Shown here: piece by piece, positions 1 through 11,870 of the stretch | Position numbering within the stretch: position 1 is the first letter of the stretch | Layout of the letters: each line of letters begins with the position of its first letter | Source of the DNA: Azolla caroliniana | Lineage: Eukaryota > Plantae > Polypodiophyta | Direction: 5' to 3' | Length of the DNA stretch: 64,000 nt | NCBI GenBank assembly: GCA_043228905.1 | Contig: JBHGNT010000015.1 | Location: 8,432,001 to 8,496,000 of the forward strand | Position numbers and translations under genes: made by a program | Notes under the pieces: generated by a model | Databases searched by the model: none | Seen by the model: only the letters and a program-made list of their open reading frames with translations | Told to the model about the DNA's origin: nothing

Positions 1-260
1 TAGTGATGAGGGAGTCTTAGGAATCCATGCTTTTTTCTCTAACTATAGACTCCATGCTTTTCCTATAGATAGACTATATGCTTTATCTAAAGTGATCATG
101 CTTTTTCTAACTTGTGCATTTTTTATCAACTACAACGTTCATGGACGCTAGATGTGTATGCGTAGCTTTTTCTTTTAGCATGCGTTTTCTTTTAACTAAA
201 GTTTATCCTAGGTGAACTAAGCTTTCTATGTGGAACATCTATTTTTGAACACTAATGAAA

Positions 261-328
261 TGCTAGTGTAATGGTAAGACATTACATTATTAACGTGGAG
301 GTGCAAGGTTCGAATCTTGCCCTATGCA
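261..328 (+). other. tRNA-like (Pol III A-box/B-box) module, probably in the end of an LTR that closes at ...ACGACA (424)
   Basis: TAGTGTAATGGTAA (A-box-like), then a T-arm GCAAG-GTTCGAAT-CTTGC with a perfect 5-bp stem. No intact acceptor or anticodon stems. Confidence 0.55.
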
Positions 329-819
329 TGTTATATATATTTTAATATTTTCTACTATTTATTCATATTTATTAAATCGGTACTTTATAAGTTTTTCACG
401 TAATGTACGAAATACACTACGACACCGTGATACAAACGTATTCCTAACCGGCTACTAACCGGTGTGGTTAAGGATCGTAATACACGCGTAAGATAGATTC
501 TATTAAGCATAGAACAATAATTAACTAAAGCTTCAAAGATTAAACAAGATGTAGAACAACAACACTTTCATTAATAAACCGCTATCTTATTACAATCTAA
601 TCGGGTCCTTTTATAGGTCACCGGCTTTGGGTTACGAATTGGTGTCAACCGGCAACCAACCACGAACCGGTCCGGATCCGGATCGGCATACCAATTTCGG
701 GTCCGTCTGTTCGCTTCTCAAAATATAATAGTTATAGACAACAAATCCTGGTTCTAAAATAATTATCCCTTTCCCATTCTGGACTTTATCCAGCTTTTAA
801 GTCTTTGCCGGTCAACAAA

Positions 820-1316
820 AGATAGAAGACGGATTGGAGACAGCCAATTCGGGCGAAAGCGGGAATGAATTGGAAATGTTCAATTCAGTCATAATGTTCG
901 ATTCCGATACGCCAAATCAAGTAATGGTCAAGCGGAGAAAAAAGCAGCGAAAGAGGCACCAACACCGCAACACCAAAGGAGCTGAGAAAGGGCGCAAGAG
1001 TAGACAAGCCGATCGGAAAGGTTGAAGTGCACGGAATCGAACAGGTCGAGGAGCGCAAGCGAGGTGTGATGCCAGGAGAAGCTGGAGCGAAGATCCAGTA
1101 AAGTGGATGGAACCTCAAGTTGAGCTTGAGGGGGAGTGATGAGAGACAAGCTCAACATTGGGTGAGTATACGGGTACGTAACCAAGTGTGTAGATTGGGT
1201 GTGTAAAACCGTACGCAAAAATATGGTTATGGTGGTGTTTAAACCGAGAGGCCGTAAGAGTGTTATTCCTTGTAAGGAATAATTTTGGGAGTAAGTGTAG
1301 GATGCTCATTTATGAG
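820..1316 (+). mobile_element. 3' end of a dominant-family Copia: 3' extension, PPT and truncated LTR starting at 1137
   Basis: Homologous by eye to 19970-20490. PPT TTGAGGGGGAG is followed by TGATGAGAGACAAGCTCAACA. Confidence 0.75.
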
Positions 1317-4300
1317 TGGTCAAGTACATGACGAGCCACAAAGAGTGGTTCTCGTTTTTGGAGAAACTGGAACAACCAGGAATCGTCGAAATTGGAGACA
1401 ACACCCCTCACCCAATTGTGTATGTCGGAGAAGTCCCTTTAAGCCATGTTAGACAAAAAGGAAAGCGGATGAACGTACTACACGTTCCGAAAATCACAAA
1501 GAACCTGGTGTCGGTCGGACAAATTGTTGACAAGGGAATGCAGGTGCGATTTATGCACCTCGGGTGCTTCATCGATGAAGAAGGCCGGATAATCACGCAA
1601 GGGCGCAGAGAAGGGAGGATGTTCATCCTCAACACAAATGATGTTGGCACCGCCATGTTTGCCAAAGGACGAAAGATTGAATTGGACATCGATCTTTGGC
1701 ATAAGCAAATCGGCCACGTCAACTACCGGAGGCTTCAAGACCTGCAATCGAAACAAGTTGTGTTCGGGTGGCCGAAGTTTAGTGGCCGGAAGGCCCAAAT
1801 ATATGAAGCCTGCCAATTCAGGAAGCAACATCGGCGTCCATTCCCCATCGAACGAAACAGGAGCCGTAACAAGCTTGATCTAATCCATTCAGATGTATGG
1901 GGACCGACAGAGAACGTTAGTCTTAGCGGGAGTCAGTATTTCGTCTCCTTCATCGACGACTATAGTCGACACATGTGGATCCACCTCATCAAGAGGAAAA
2001 GCGAAGTCTTCAACTATTTCCGGAACCTTCAAAGCTTAGTCGAAAGGGAAACAGAGAGGAAGATAATGTGCATGCGGCTGGATGGCGGAAAAGAATACTT
2101 TTCCGGCCAATTCAACAGTTATCTGCACCAAAAAGGAATTTGGCCAATTGTGGCCAGAACAAAATGGTGTGGCTGAAAGAAAGAATCGGTCGATTGTCGA
2201 CACGGCAAGGGCAATGCTGGAGGAGAAGAGCATGCCCAAATTCTACTTGGCTGAGGCGGTCCGGACGGCTATCTACATCCAAAACTGGATCGGGGACAAG
2301 GTGTCAGCATGGGCGGAAGCCGAATTTGAGACACCTTCGGATATTCGGTAGCATAGCACATGTGCATGTACCGGATGAGAAGCGGAGGAAGCTGGATCCG
2401 AAATCAGAGAAGTGCATACTCGTCGGCTACTCGTATGAACAGAAGGGGTATAAGTGTTATTACCCCCGGACAAAACAAGTACAAGGAAGTTGAGATGTTC
2501 AGTTTGATGAGTCGGCATCATGGTACTCCCTACCGACTCCAACTCCCAATGAAGACCCAATTCCGAAGGATGAGGCTAGTGAACCCGGAGAGGTTCAAGA
2601 AGAAGATGAAGGATTCGGTACTCTAGATGAGAGTCTGATCTCATTCTTGCTAAGTGAACCGAATGATCGGTTGAGTTGGGATGACCAGTCGGATGAAGAA
2701 CCGACGAGTAGTGGAAACTCTGTTGTGCTATCCCCGCACAAGGAACCGAGGAGATGGTTCACGCGCAAAGGGAAGGGGAAGAAGAAGATGCCAGAATATG
2801 ATACCGGTAGTGAAGGGGGTCGGCTCGAAACGAATTTGACCCTAGAAAGGAAGAAGGTAGATCCTTAGAAAGGAAATCTGAACCAGCCAAGCAGGGCTTG
2901 AAACCGGGTAATGAAAAATTACACCGGTCATCCCGTCAAAAGAAAAACATCATGAGGTACGAGTATAATTACTACATGGCGCATTACTATGCGTACATGA
3001 CTAAGGTGGCGAAAGTGCGTGAGTCGGAGAGCTATGTAGAAGCAGCAAAAGATGCAAATTGGCGTGCTGCTATGGAGGAAGAAATGCGGGCACTTGATGC
3101 CGACGACAGATGGGGGACCTGGTTGACCCTCCCCGACAATGTAAACCAATCGGTTCTTAATGGGTATATAAGGTGAAGTACAATGCCAATGGTTCTGTCA
3201 ACCAGTACAAGGCCCGGTTAGTGGCAAAGGGATACGCACAGGCCGACGGATTCGAGTACGACGAGACCTGCATTCTGGTAGCGAAGATGACGACGATGTG
3301 TGTGGTACTTGCTATGAAGGATGGCATCGTCACCAAATGGACGTGAAGAATGTGTTTCTTCAAGGTGACCATGAAGAATGTGTCTATATGATCCAACCCC
3401 CTAGTTTCCAATCAGAGATGAACAAGTCGGCAGTGTCGCAACTCAAGGAGTCGCTTTATGATCTGAAGCAAGCCCCCAGAGCTTGGAATGCGAAGATCAC
3501 GCACCGGTTGCGTAAGATGGGGTTAGAAGCCTCAAAGTCTGACTCGTCACTGTTCATTCAGAAAGGACCGGACTGTCCGGTTTGTATCCTACTATATCTT
3601 GATGATTTAGTCATCACCGGACTCGGACTCGATGAAATCGGCAGAGTGAAGTCCTAGTTGTCAGATGCATTTGAAAGAAGGACCTGGGGGACCTTCATTA
3701 TTTTCTTGGGATCGAGGTGATCTGGATCCCCGATGGCATATTGCTCTCACAAAGACACTATATGCTGAATATGTTGTACAAGTTCGACATGACGGAATGC
3801 CGACCGATCTCCACACCCCTCAGCCAAAACCTGAAGCATTGTCTCGACTCCGGCCCGGCCTGCGATGAGAAACGGTTTTGACAAATTGTCGGAAACCTTA
3901 TATACTTGACAATCACCCGACCCGACACCAGTTATCCAGTCGAGGTGATCAACCAGTTTATGCAGACATTGACCGTGGAGCACCTTCAGTGCGCGCATCG
4001 ACTATTGAGATATGTGGGCGGCACGAAGGAACGGGGACTGTTATACCGACACAGTATAGCTGGTAGGCTAGTTGGATATACCAATGCCGGCTGGGCTGGT
4101 GATGCATCGGATCGTCGATCCACCTCCGACTACATGTTTTCTCTTGGTAGCGCGGTTGTTGCATGGAGCAGAAAAAAACAGCCAATAGTAGCTCTGTCAA
4201 GCAGTAAGGCTGAGTACCGGGGCGCTACCATTGCCACCTATGAAGCCATTTGGCTTTGGCGACTACTACGAGACCTCCGGATCGAGGTGCGGACCCCGAT

Positions 4301-4499
4301 CCTGATTTATTGTGACAACGTAAGCAACATACAGCTTGTCAAGAACCGTGTATTCCATGCTCGAACAAAGTACACAAAAGTGCATTATCACTTTTTTCGT
4401 GAGGGGATCCTGAGCGGTGAAGTTGAACTTCGGTGTGTTCACACGGATCGACTAGTTGCTGACATCTTCACCAAGCTGCTCGGATCGGACAAATTGTAG
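1316..4499 (+). pseudogene. pol: Copia pol remnant (protease, integrase, RT, RNase H), fragmented
   Basis: ORFs 1316-2176, 1975-2493, 3298-3657 and 3906-4499 carry the canonical Copia motifs in order. Confidence 0.9.
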
Positions 4500-4902
4500 C
4501 ATTTTTGGGAGATGCTCGACATTCAACATCTCGATGTGCCGCACTTGAGGGGGAGAACAGGAACGACAGGAACGGATGCCACCGGACAAGGAGCCAGAGA
4601 GGAAGAAAGAACCAAGGGGGGAGATGAGCAGATAAAGGAAACTGAGCTGACCGAAGGAGTTGGCACATCCGAACAAGTCGGAGCAAGCGGCTACGGTTGC
4701 AGAGTCAAGAAGAACAGAGCCGACCGCAAGAAGGCGAAGAACCGGACGTGGTTCGATGTGATAAAGGGCCTAAAAACGGAAGACGAGTTGGAGACTACCA
4801 ACTCGGACAAGAGCTGGAACGAATCGGAGGAAGCCAATTTGGTTCAACGATTGGATTCAGAAGAGCCGAATCAACTAAAGGCCAAGCAAGTGACAAGGCA
4901 GC

Positions 4903-4985
4903 TATAAAAAGAATAGCGTGCGAAAGCAATAGAAAACCGAACACAGAAATGTAGGTTTAATGGAGAGCTTGAATATACACAGTAG

Positions 4986-5044
<59 letters not shown>

Positions 5045-5334
5045 CACACAGAAAATCAATTCAAAATAATACTCAATCTGTACATAGGATGTGCTCAGTG
5101 AGCACTTTTATACAAGTCCATACGAACTGATAGAAGTACTGACACGTACTTCAATGCTCATAAATGAACTCTACACTAACTCCCAAAATATATTCTTACT
5201 CGGATTATATCTTTCCAACGACCTCGCGGTTTATGCACCACTACAGCCTATTGTGCGCACGGTTTTACGCACCCAGTTTACGCACTGGGTTACGCACCCG
5301 ATTATGCACCAAATGTTGAGCTTGTCTCTCAACA
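4903..5334 (-). repeat. 3' LTR of the 4903-9637 Copia
   Basis: Direct repeat of 9251-9637, adjacent to the PPT. Confidence 0.9.
4988..5041. repeat. (GA)n microsatellite inside the LTR
   Basis: About 27 uninterrupted GA units. The partner LTR has only a short interrupted tract. Confidence 0.95.
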
Positions 5335-8300
5335 CTCCCCCTCAAGCTCAACTTGAGGTTTCGTCCGTTCTTCCGGATCTACACTCCGGTATGCCTCGCT
5401 CGCGCTCCTCGACCAGTTCGATTCCGTGCACCTCGACCCTTCCGGTCCGCTTGTCTACTCACACGGCCCTTCTCAGCTTCTCTGTTGTTGCGGTGTTGGC
5501 GCCTCTTCTGCTGCCTTCTCTTCCACTTGGCGCTTGGTTGATTCAGCATGTCCGAATCAAACATCTGAACCGACTCGGCTTCCTTCGATCGCTTTTCACT
5601 CTCGTTTGAGTTGGTTGTCTCCAACTTGTCTTCGGTCTTCTCGCCATTGATGGCTTCGTTTCTCCCACACTTGGTTGTCTTCGGCTCTTTCTTTTGACTG
5701 CTCCCCTTATGTTCGCTTTCGGAATCTTCCGCGGATCCACCCTCAGCTTCTTCAGCCAATCCGAAATCAAATTTGTCAGCCGACTCGGCGTTGCGGTCTT
5801 CCAGAACTTCTCTCCCCCTTCCGTGGTCATTCGGGACGTCTCTCCCCCTCCAGTTCGGCACATCGAGGTGACGCAACCCAAGCACACCCGAGAATTGCCA
5901 CAACTTGTCCAGACCAAGAGGCTTGGTGAAGACGTCCGCGATCTGCTGATCCGTCAGAACATACTGAAGTTCGATGTCACCGGAGAGTACACGCTCGCGG
6001 ACAAAATGGTAGTGCACCTGAATGTGCTTAGTCCAGGCGTGGAAGATGGGGTTCTTTGCTAGCTGGATGTTGTTGAGGTTGTCGCAGTAGATTGTCGTTG
6101 GATCGGATACCTCCACCTGCAAATCCTTACGTAGCCGCTTCAACCATATGGCTTCGCACGTCGCGACAACCGCTCCTCTATACTCCGCTTCGGTGCTTGA
6201 CAATGCAACTGTTGGCTGCTTCTTGCTACTCCACGCGATCGCGGCACTCCCAAGAGAGAACGCGAAACCGGACGTGGATCAATGATCGACGACGTTACCA
6301 GCCCAGTCGACATCAGTGTAGCCGACCAACTGCGGTGTTGTACTGGTCCGATATAGTAGACCCCGGTCCTTAGTGCCGCTTACATACCGCAGTATGCGTT
6401 GCGCACACTGAAGATTCTCCTCGAACGGTCGCGCCATAAACTGAGATCTGGTCGGGTGATGGTCAAGTATATAAGGTTTCCGACTATCTGTCGGAACCTT
6501 GTCGGGTCACATACCTGTCCGGAATCGGGGCGAAGCTTGACGGTTCTATCCAAAGGAGTCGAGACGGACTTATAGTTGGCCATCCCGAATTTGAAGAGCA
6601 TACTCAGCACGTAATGCCGTTGGCTGATCAGTATGCCTTCGAGGTGCGGATCACTTCGATCTGGAGGAAGTAATGAAGGTCCCTAGATCCTTCATGTCGA
6701 ATGATGCTGCAACCTTGAGCTTCACGCAGTCAATCTCACTTAGGTCGGCGCCGGTGATGACCAAGTCATCAACATAAAGTAAAATACTAACCGCCCCGAG
6801 TCGACCTTTCCGGATGAACAGTGAGGAGTTCGATTTTGACGTCGCAAAGCCCATCCAACACAGTTGCTATGTGATCTTCGCGTTCCAGGCACGCAGGGCT
6901 TGCTTTAGTCCGTAAAGGGACTTCTTCAATCGGCACACCGCCGAAGTGTTCGTTCGAGAGTCAAATCTGGGGGGTTGTACCATCTACACCTGTTCCTCAA
7001 GCTCACCTTGCAAGAATGCATTCTTTACATCCATCTGATGTAAGTGCCACCCCTTCGCCGCAGCTACCGCTAGCAAAACACGGACGGTCGTCATCTTCGT
7101 GACTGGTTAAAACGTCTCATCATAGTTAATGTCGTGTTGTTGTGCGTAACCTTTTGCTATTAACCAGGCCTTGTATCGGTTGACCAAGCCGTCAATGTTG
7201 TACTTGACCTTGTACACCCACCTACATCCGATCAGCTTCACACCTTTCGATGCGTCAACTAGGTTCCAGGTTTCATTTCGTGCCAATGCGCGCATCTCTT
7301 CCTCTATGGCGGCACACCAATTCGTGTCGAATTCCCATCTGTTGTAGATACCCATTGAATTGACCAGAAAAGTACTCTTTTCCGCCATCTGACCGCAAGC
7401 ACTTGATCTGTCTTCCTGTTTCCCTTTCAACAAAACTCTTGAGGTCTTGGAAACAGTCGAAGACTTCACTCTTCTTCTCAATGAGGTAGATCCACGTGTG
7501 CCGCGTATAGTCATCGATGAAGGAGACGAAATATCGACTCCCGCCAAGACTAACATTCTGTGCCAGCCCCCATACATCTGAATGTATCAAGTCGAGCATG
7601 TTCGGGTTCCGGTTACGCTCGTTGGGGAAAGGAAGTGTTGCTTCCCTAGCTGGCAGGCTTCACAAATTTGTGCGTTCCGGTTACTAAATTTGGGCAATCC
7701 GAACACCACATGTTTCGATTGCAGGTCCTGAAGCCGTTGATAGTTGACATGGCCTATCCACTTGTGCCATAAGTCGGTATCCGACTCAAATTTTTGTCCT
7801 TTCACGAACATTGCGGTGCCACTGTCACTAGAGTCGAGGATAAACATCCTCCCGTCTCTGCACCCTTGCAAAATAACTTGACCTTCTTCCTCGATGAAGC
7901 ACCCAAGATGCGTGAACCGGACTTGCATCCCCTGGTCGACGATTTGTCCGACCGCCACTAGGTTTTTCGTGATGGTCGGGACGTGTAACATGTTCATGAG
8001 TTTCCCTTTCTGCCTGACATGGCTTAGGGAAACTTCACCAACATTTGTGATCGGATGCGGAGTGTCGTCTCCGGTTGCGACTACTCCTGGTTGCATCGGT
8101 TTTTCCAGGCACGAGAACCACTCCTTGTGGCACGTCATGTGGTTTGACACGCCAGAGTTGACGTACCACACCTTGTCCGACTTCGGGGTGATCTTCTTCA
8201 TCAAGTTTGCTTCATGTCTCATCACGAAGGCTGATCCTCTTCTGGCTCTTCCGGGTCCTTCGGCGTAGTGCGATCGCTGCCGATTTCCTTTGTCGATCTG

Positions 8301-9250
8301 TCTGGAACCTGATCCGGACCTGGTTCTCTCCGAATCGACGCACTTTTTCGAGCACTCACTCTCCATGTGGCCTTTCTTGCCATAGTACCAGCATTCCGTG
8401 GCGGATTTCGCTTGCCGGTTCTCATCGCCTCGACTCCCCTTGTTTCCGGAGTTGCTGTCGGCATCACTTCGGTGCCTTCTTCCTTGGTCCCATCGGCCGC
8501 CTCCATTGCGCACCAACGCACCTCTTCCGACACGTCCATGGGGCCTATCTCCCTCCATGTACAACATTTTGTTGTCGGTGTGTGTGCTCATAGATGCACC
8601 CGTGTGGTTCTCCTTTATAAGAAGCATTGATTGTAGGTCAAAAAAGGACGACGTATTCTCTCGTGTACACATAGTAGTTCAGAACGCTCCGAATTTTGAT
8701 GTCAAACCCCCGAGACAGATCTACACCATCTCACCTTCCTCGACATTCACATCGATAGAGGCTAAGGAGTCACATATCTCTTTGATCTTCGAGCTGTAAT
8801 CAGCCACCGACAAGTCGCGTTGTCGTAAGTTGCTTAGCTTCTATCGGAATTGAAGCTTCTTGGCTGTGGTGCTTGCGGCGAAATCTTCTTCAGATTTCCC
8901 CAAGCATCCTTCGGCGTTTTCGCATCCCGAATATAGCTCAGAAGTTGTTCGCCCACACAAGACGCGAAGCATTAGAGGACTGCTTGCTGACTGTTCCCAA
9001 GCCGGGAAGTCTTTGTGTGTCGAATTAGGTGTTGTATCATTAGCTCCATCGACATAGCTCCAGTAACCATGCCCAAGCAGGTACTAGTGCATCTTGTAGG
9101 ACCAAGACGCGTACTTGTTTCTGTCGAAATTCTCCGTCGGAAGCGAGCTAGCCATACCTCTATCCATCGGTTTTACCTGTTCTTCTTGGTTGGATTTCCT
9201 TTCAAGCTATGTCGGTTGCAGAGGTTCTCAACCCTCGCGCTGTGATACCA

Positions 9251-9637
9251 AGTAAAAAGAATAGCTTGCGGAAGCAATAGAAAACCGAACACAGAAATGC
9301 AGGTTTAATGGAGAGCTTGAATATACACAGTACGCGGGAGAGACAGAGAGAGGGAGAGAAGACACACAGAAAATCAATTCAAAATAATACTCAATCTATA
9401 CATAGGATGTGCTCAGTGAGCACTTTTATGCAAGTCCATATGGACTGACAGAAGTACTAACACGTACTTCAATGCTCATAAATGAGCTCTACACTAACTC
9501 CCAAAATATATTCCTACTTGGAATATCTTTCCAATGGCCTCACGGTTTACGCACCGCTACGGCCTATTGTGCGCATGGTTTTACGCAATGGGTTACGCAC
9601 CCGATTATGCACCGAATGTTGAGGTTGTCTCTCAACA
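9251..9637 (-). repeat. 5' LTR of the 4903-9637 Copia
   Basis: Direct repeat of 4903-5334, followed on the minus strand by a tRNA-Met PBS. Confidence 0.9.
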
Positions 9638-9905
9638 ACAGCGAAAGTCGACACCGACACGGAGAAACTGATGGGTCGACAAGCGTCGGCGTCATAATAG
9701 CGTAGGAGCTAAGATGGGCATGATGAGCAAACAAGCCGACCAAGGAGGTCGAGGTGTGTAGAATCAAATGGGTTGTGGGAAGTAAAACCGGACCAGACGA
9801 GGAGCGCGAGTAAGGCGGGAGGACGACAGAAGGAGCCAGAGGAAAGGACCGGCTACTACAGACACTGACACCACGATCTGACCTCAAGTTGACCTTGAAC
9901 GGGAG

Positions 9906-10367
9906 TGTTGAGCGAGCAAGATCAACCGTATCCAAATCGGTTGAACAAGCCAAAGCCGGATTGGTATTCGGATCGGAGAGCCTGATTGGTGTACGGATGG
10001 TATCCGAAACAAGGAGCCGGATCGGAGAGCCGGATTCAAATGTGAACCGAAAGGCTAGTAGTAGCCTATACTCCTAGACTACTAGGTAGTCTAAGTCTTC
10101 GTATTAGTGTCAGCCGCTCGTATGAGCATTGAATTACATATTACTTCTATCAGTCCCTTTGAGAACTTGTATAAATAATGCTATTTAGCACGTTGTATAG
10201 GTAGAGTGGTACAGAGTGTTATTTTTTTAATAGAGTATATGGTTTGTTCTCTATGTCTCTCCCGTGTATGCTAAATACTCTCAAGCGTCCATTGAACCTT
10301 TCTTTTTATTCTCTACTGCTACCTGGCTAAACCGGTTTTGTCAAGCTTCCACAGGCTAACTTTTACA
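9906..10367 (+). repeat. 3' LTR of the host Copia
   Basis: TG...CA termini after a PPT. Homologous to 21637-22082 and 42154-42599 (reverse complement). Confidence 0.85.
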
Positions 10368-10566
10368 AGAACCTTGCAACTCTTCATATTCAGCTCGAAT
10401 GATCATTATTAGATCATACCATAGAGCAATAATTTTCTCCCTTGGTTGAGCTATTGTCACCAGACATATCTCTTTTACCAAATGAGCATTTCTTTCGAAC
10501 TCACTACAAAATAAAATTATAGGTTTTCTTCTCCTAAGAGACATGATTTGCATTTGGTTTTCCACA

Positions 10567-11870
10567 TGTTACAAAATGTGATAGAGGCTATGGTGGGTGT
10601 GATGTCACACAACCTATCCAAACACCAAATCAACATTTCCCTTGTTGGTTGTACTGTTGAGAGATCATGCTCAACTTAGTTTAGTTATTTAGTCAACCAT
10701 GTAACTTCGTAGTTACCTAGATAGAATCTAGTTAGGAGTGTTGACTATAACACCTTAAATAGGACCTTGTACTTAAGTGGGATATTCTAGATCCTCCACT
10801 CCCAAGTACATTTAATATAGGATTTACACCTTTGTACCTATATTCTCCTCACACATGTGCACCCTTGCACATGAGATCTATATATACCTCATTGTAGGCA
10901 TTTTTGTATTTGATGATGATGATGCTAATTTAATATAGAGTTAATCATCCCCCATCTTGTGTTGTTCATAAGTGTAACTTCCTCTCTCTCTTCCTCTCAC
11001 ACACATACACACACATATCATATAATCTTCTACGCTTAACATAATCACATAATTAGGTACTAATTAACCCTTGCTTAATTACCTAATTCTTAACATGGTA
11101 CCAGAGCATGTGGTTTCGAAAATCCACTAAGCCCACCCGACTCTGTGATTGTGTGTTCGAGATGCCGACGACAAAATCCGGCTATCCGCTATCGTAGTGC
11201 CGCTACGTAGCACATGTACGTGACCAAAGGAAGTAAAGCAAAAACGGAAGACACTAAAATCAACATGAACACACAAATGGGTAGCTCGATCCCTAGTGAA
11301 AAGCTAGATCGGAGCAATTATTCATCTTGGGAGTACAAGATGAACCAATACCTTGTCGGCCAAGGGTATTAGAGCTACATCAACGACGCTAAAGAAAATC
11401 AACCCCACCCAAAGAACGCCGACTAGTCAACATGGGAGCAAGCGGTGAGTCGAGTCATGTATTACTTGGCAACATGTGTTCATGACCACATGCTTAGCCA
11501 CAGTCGAGACGCCAAGACGCCCAAAGAGGTGTGGGAGAACTTAAAGAAAATGTTTGCCTCCAACACAACCGCTCGAAAGACATGGCGGAATGCATGAACC
11601 GAATGATCCAGGGGAGAATGACGGCAATGCTCCAACATTCTAGACTGAAGCTGGAATTCTGGGTCGAAGCATTCCAGATGGTCGTCTACTTGATAAATCT
11701 ATCACCATCGAGAGCAATGTGGTTCGAAGTGCTACAAGCACTATGGTCTTGCAAAAAGCCGACCTACGATAGGGGTCCATACATTCGGATGTAAAGCCTA
11801 CACATTCATCCCTAGGGATAAGAGGACCAAACTAATGATGTATATTCTTTGGCTATGTTATAGATGGGGA
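10567..11870 (+). mobile_element. Copia fragment: putative 5' LTR (to 11095), PBS, gag and integrase remnants
   Basis: TGGTACCAGAGC PBS at 11096 after ...TTAACA. KLDRSNYSSWEYKM-type gag and FWVEA integrase motif. LTR start is uncertain. Confidence 0.7.

Larger units (their letters stand above)
4903..9637 (-). mobile_element. Ty1/Copia element (dominant family) with both LTRs and an internal deletion at ~7320
   Basis: LTRs 4903-5334 and 9251-9637. TSD GCAGC/ACAGC. PBS-like TGGTATCACAGC at 9239-9250. PPT at 5335. Gag zinc knuckle, INT and RT/RH remnants. Confidence 0.92.
1316..10367 (+). mobile_element. Decayed Ty1/Copia LTR retrotransposon (PR-INT-RT-RH, 3' LTR 9906-10367), interrupted by the 4903-9637 insertion
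   Basis: Motifs LWHKQIGH, LIHSDVWGP, QMDVKNVFL, LLYLDD and IYCDN across frameshifted ORFs. Sequence resumes at 9643. LTR is TGTTGAG...TTTTACA. Confidence 0.88.

Noticed and set aside
261-328. Functional tRNA gene (also the other tRNA-like modules)
   Set aside because: Only the A/B boxes and T-arm are recognisable. Acceptor and anticodon stems do not pair convincingly.
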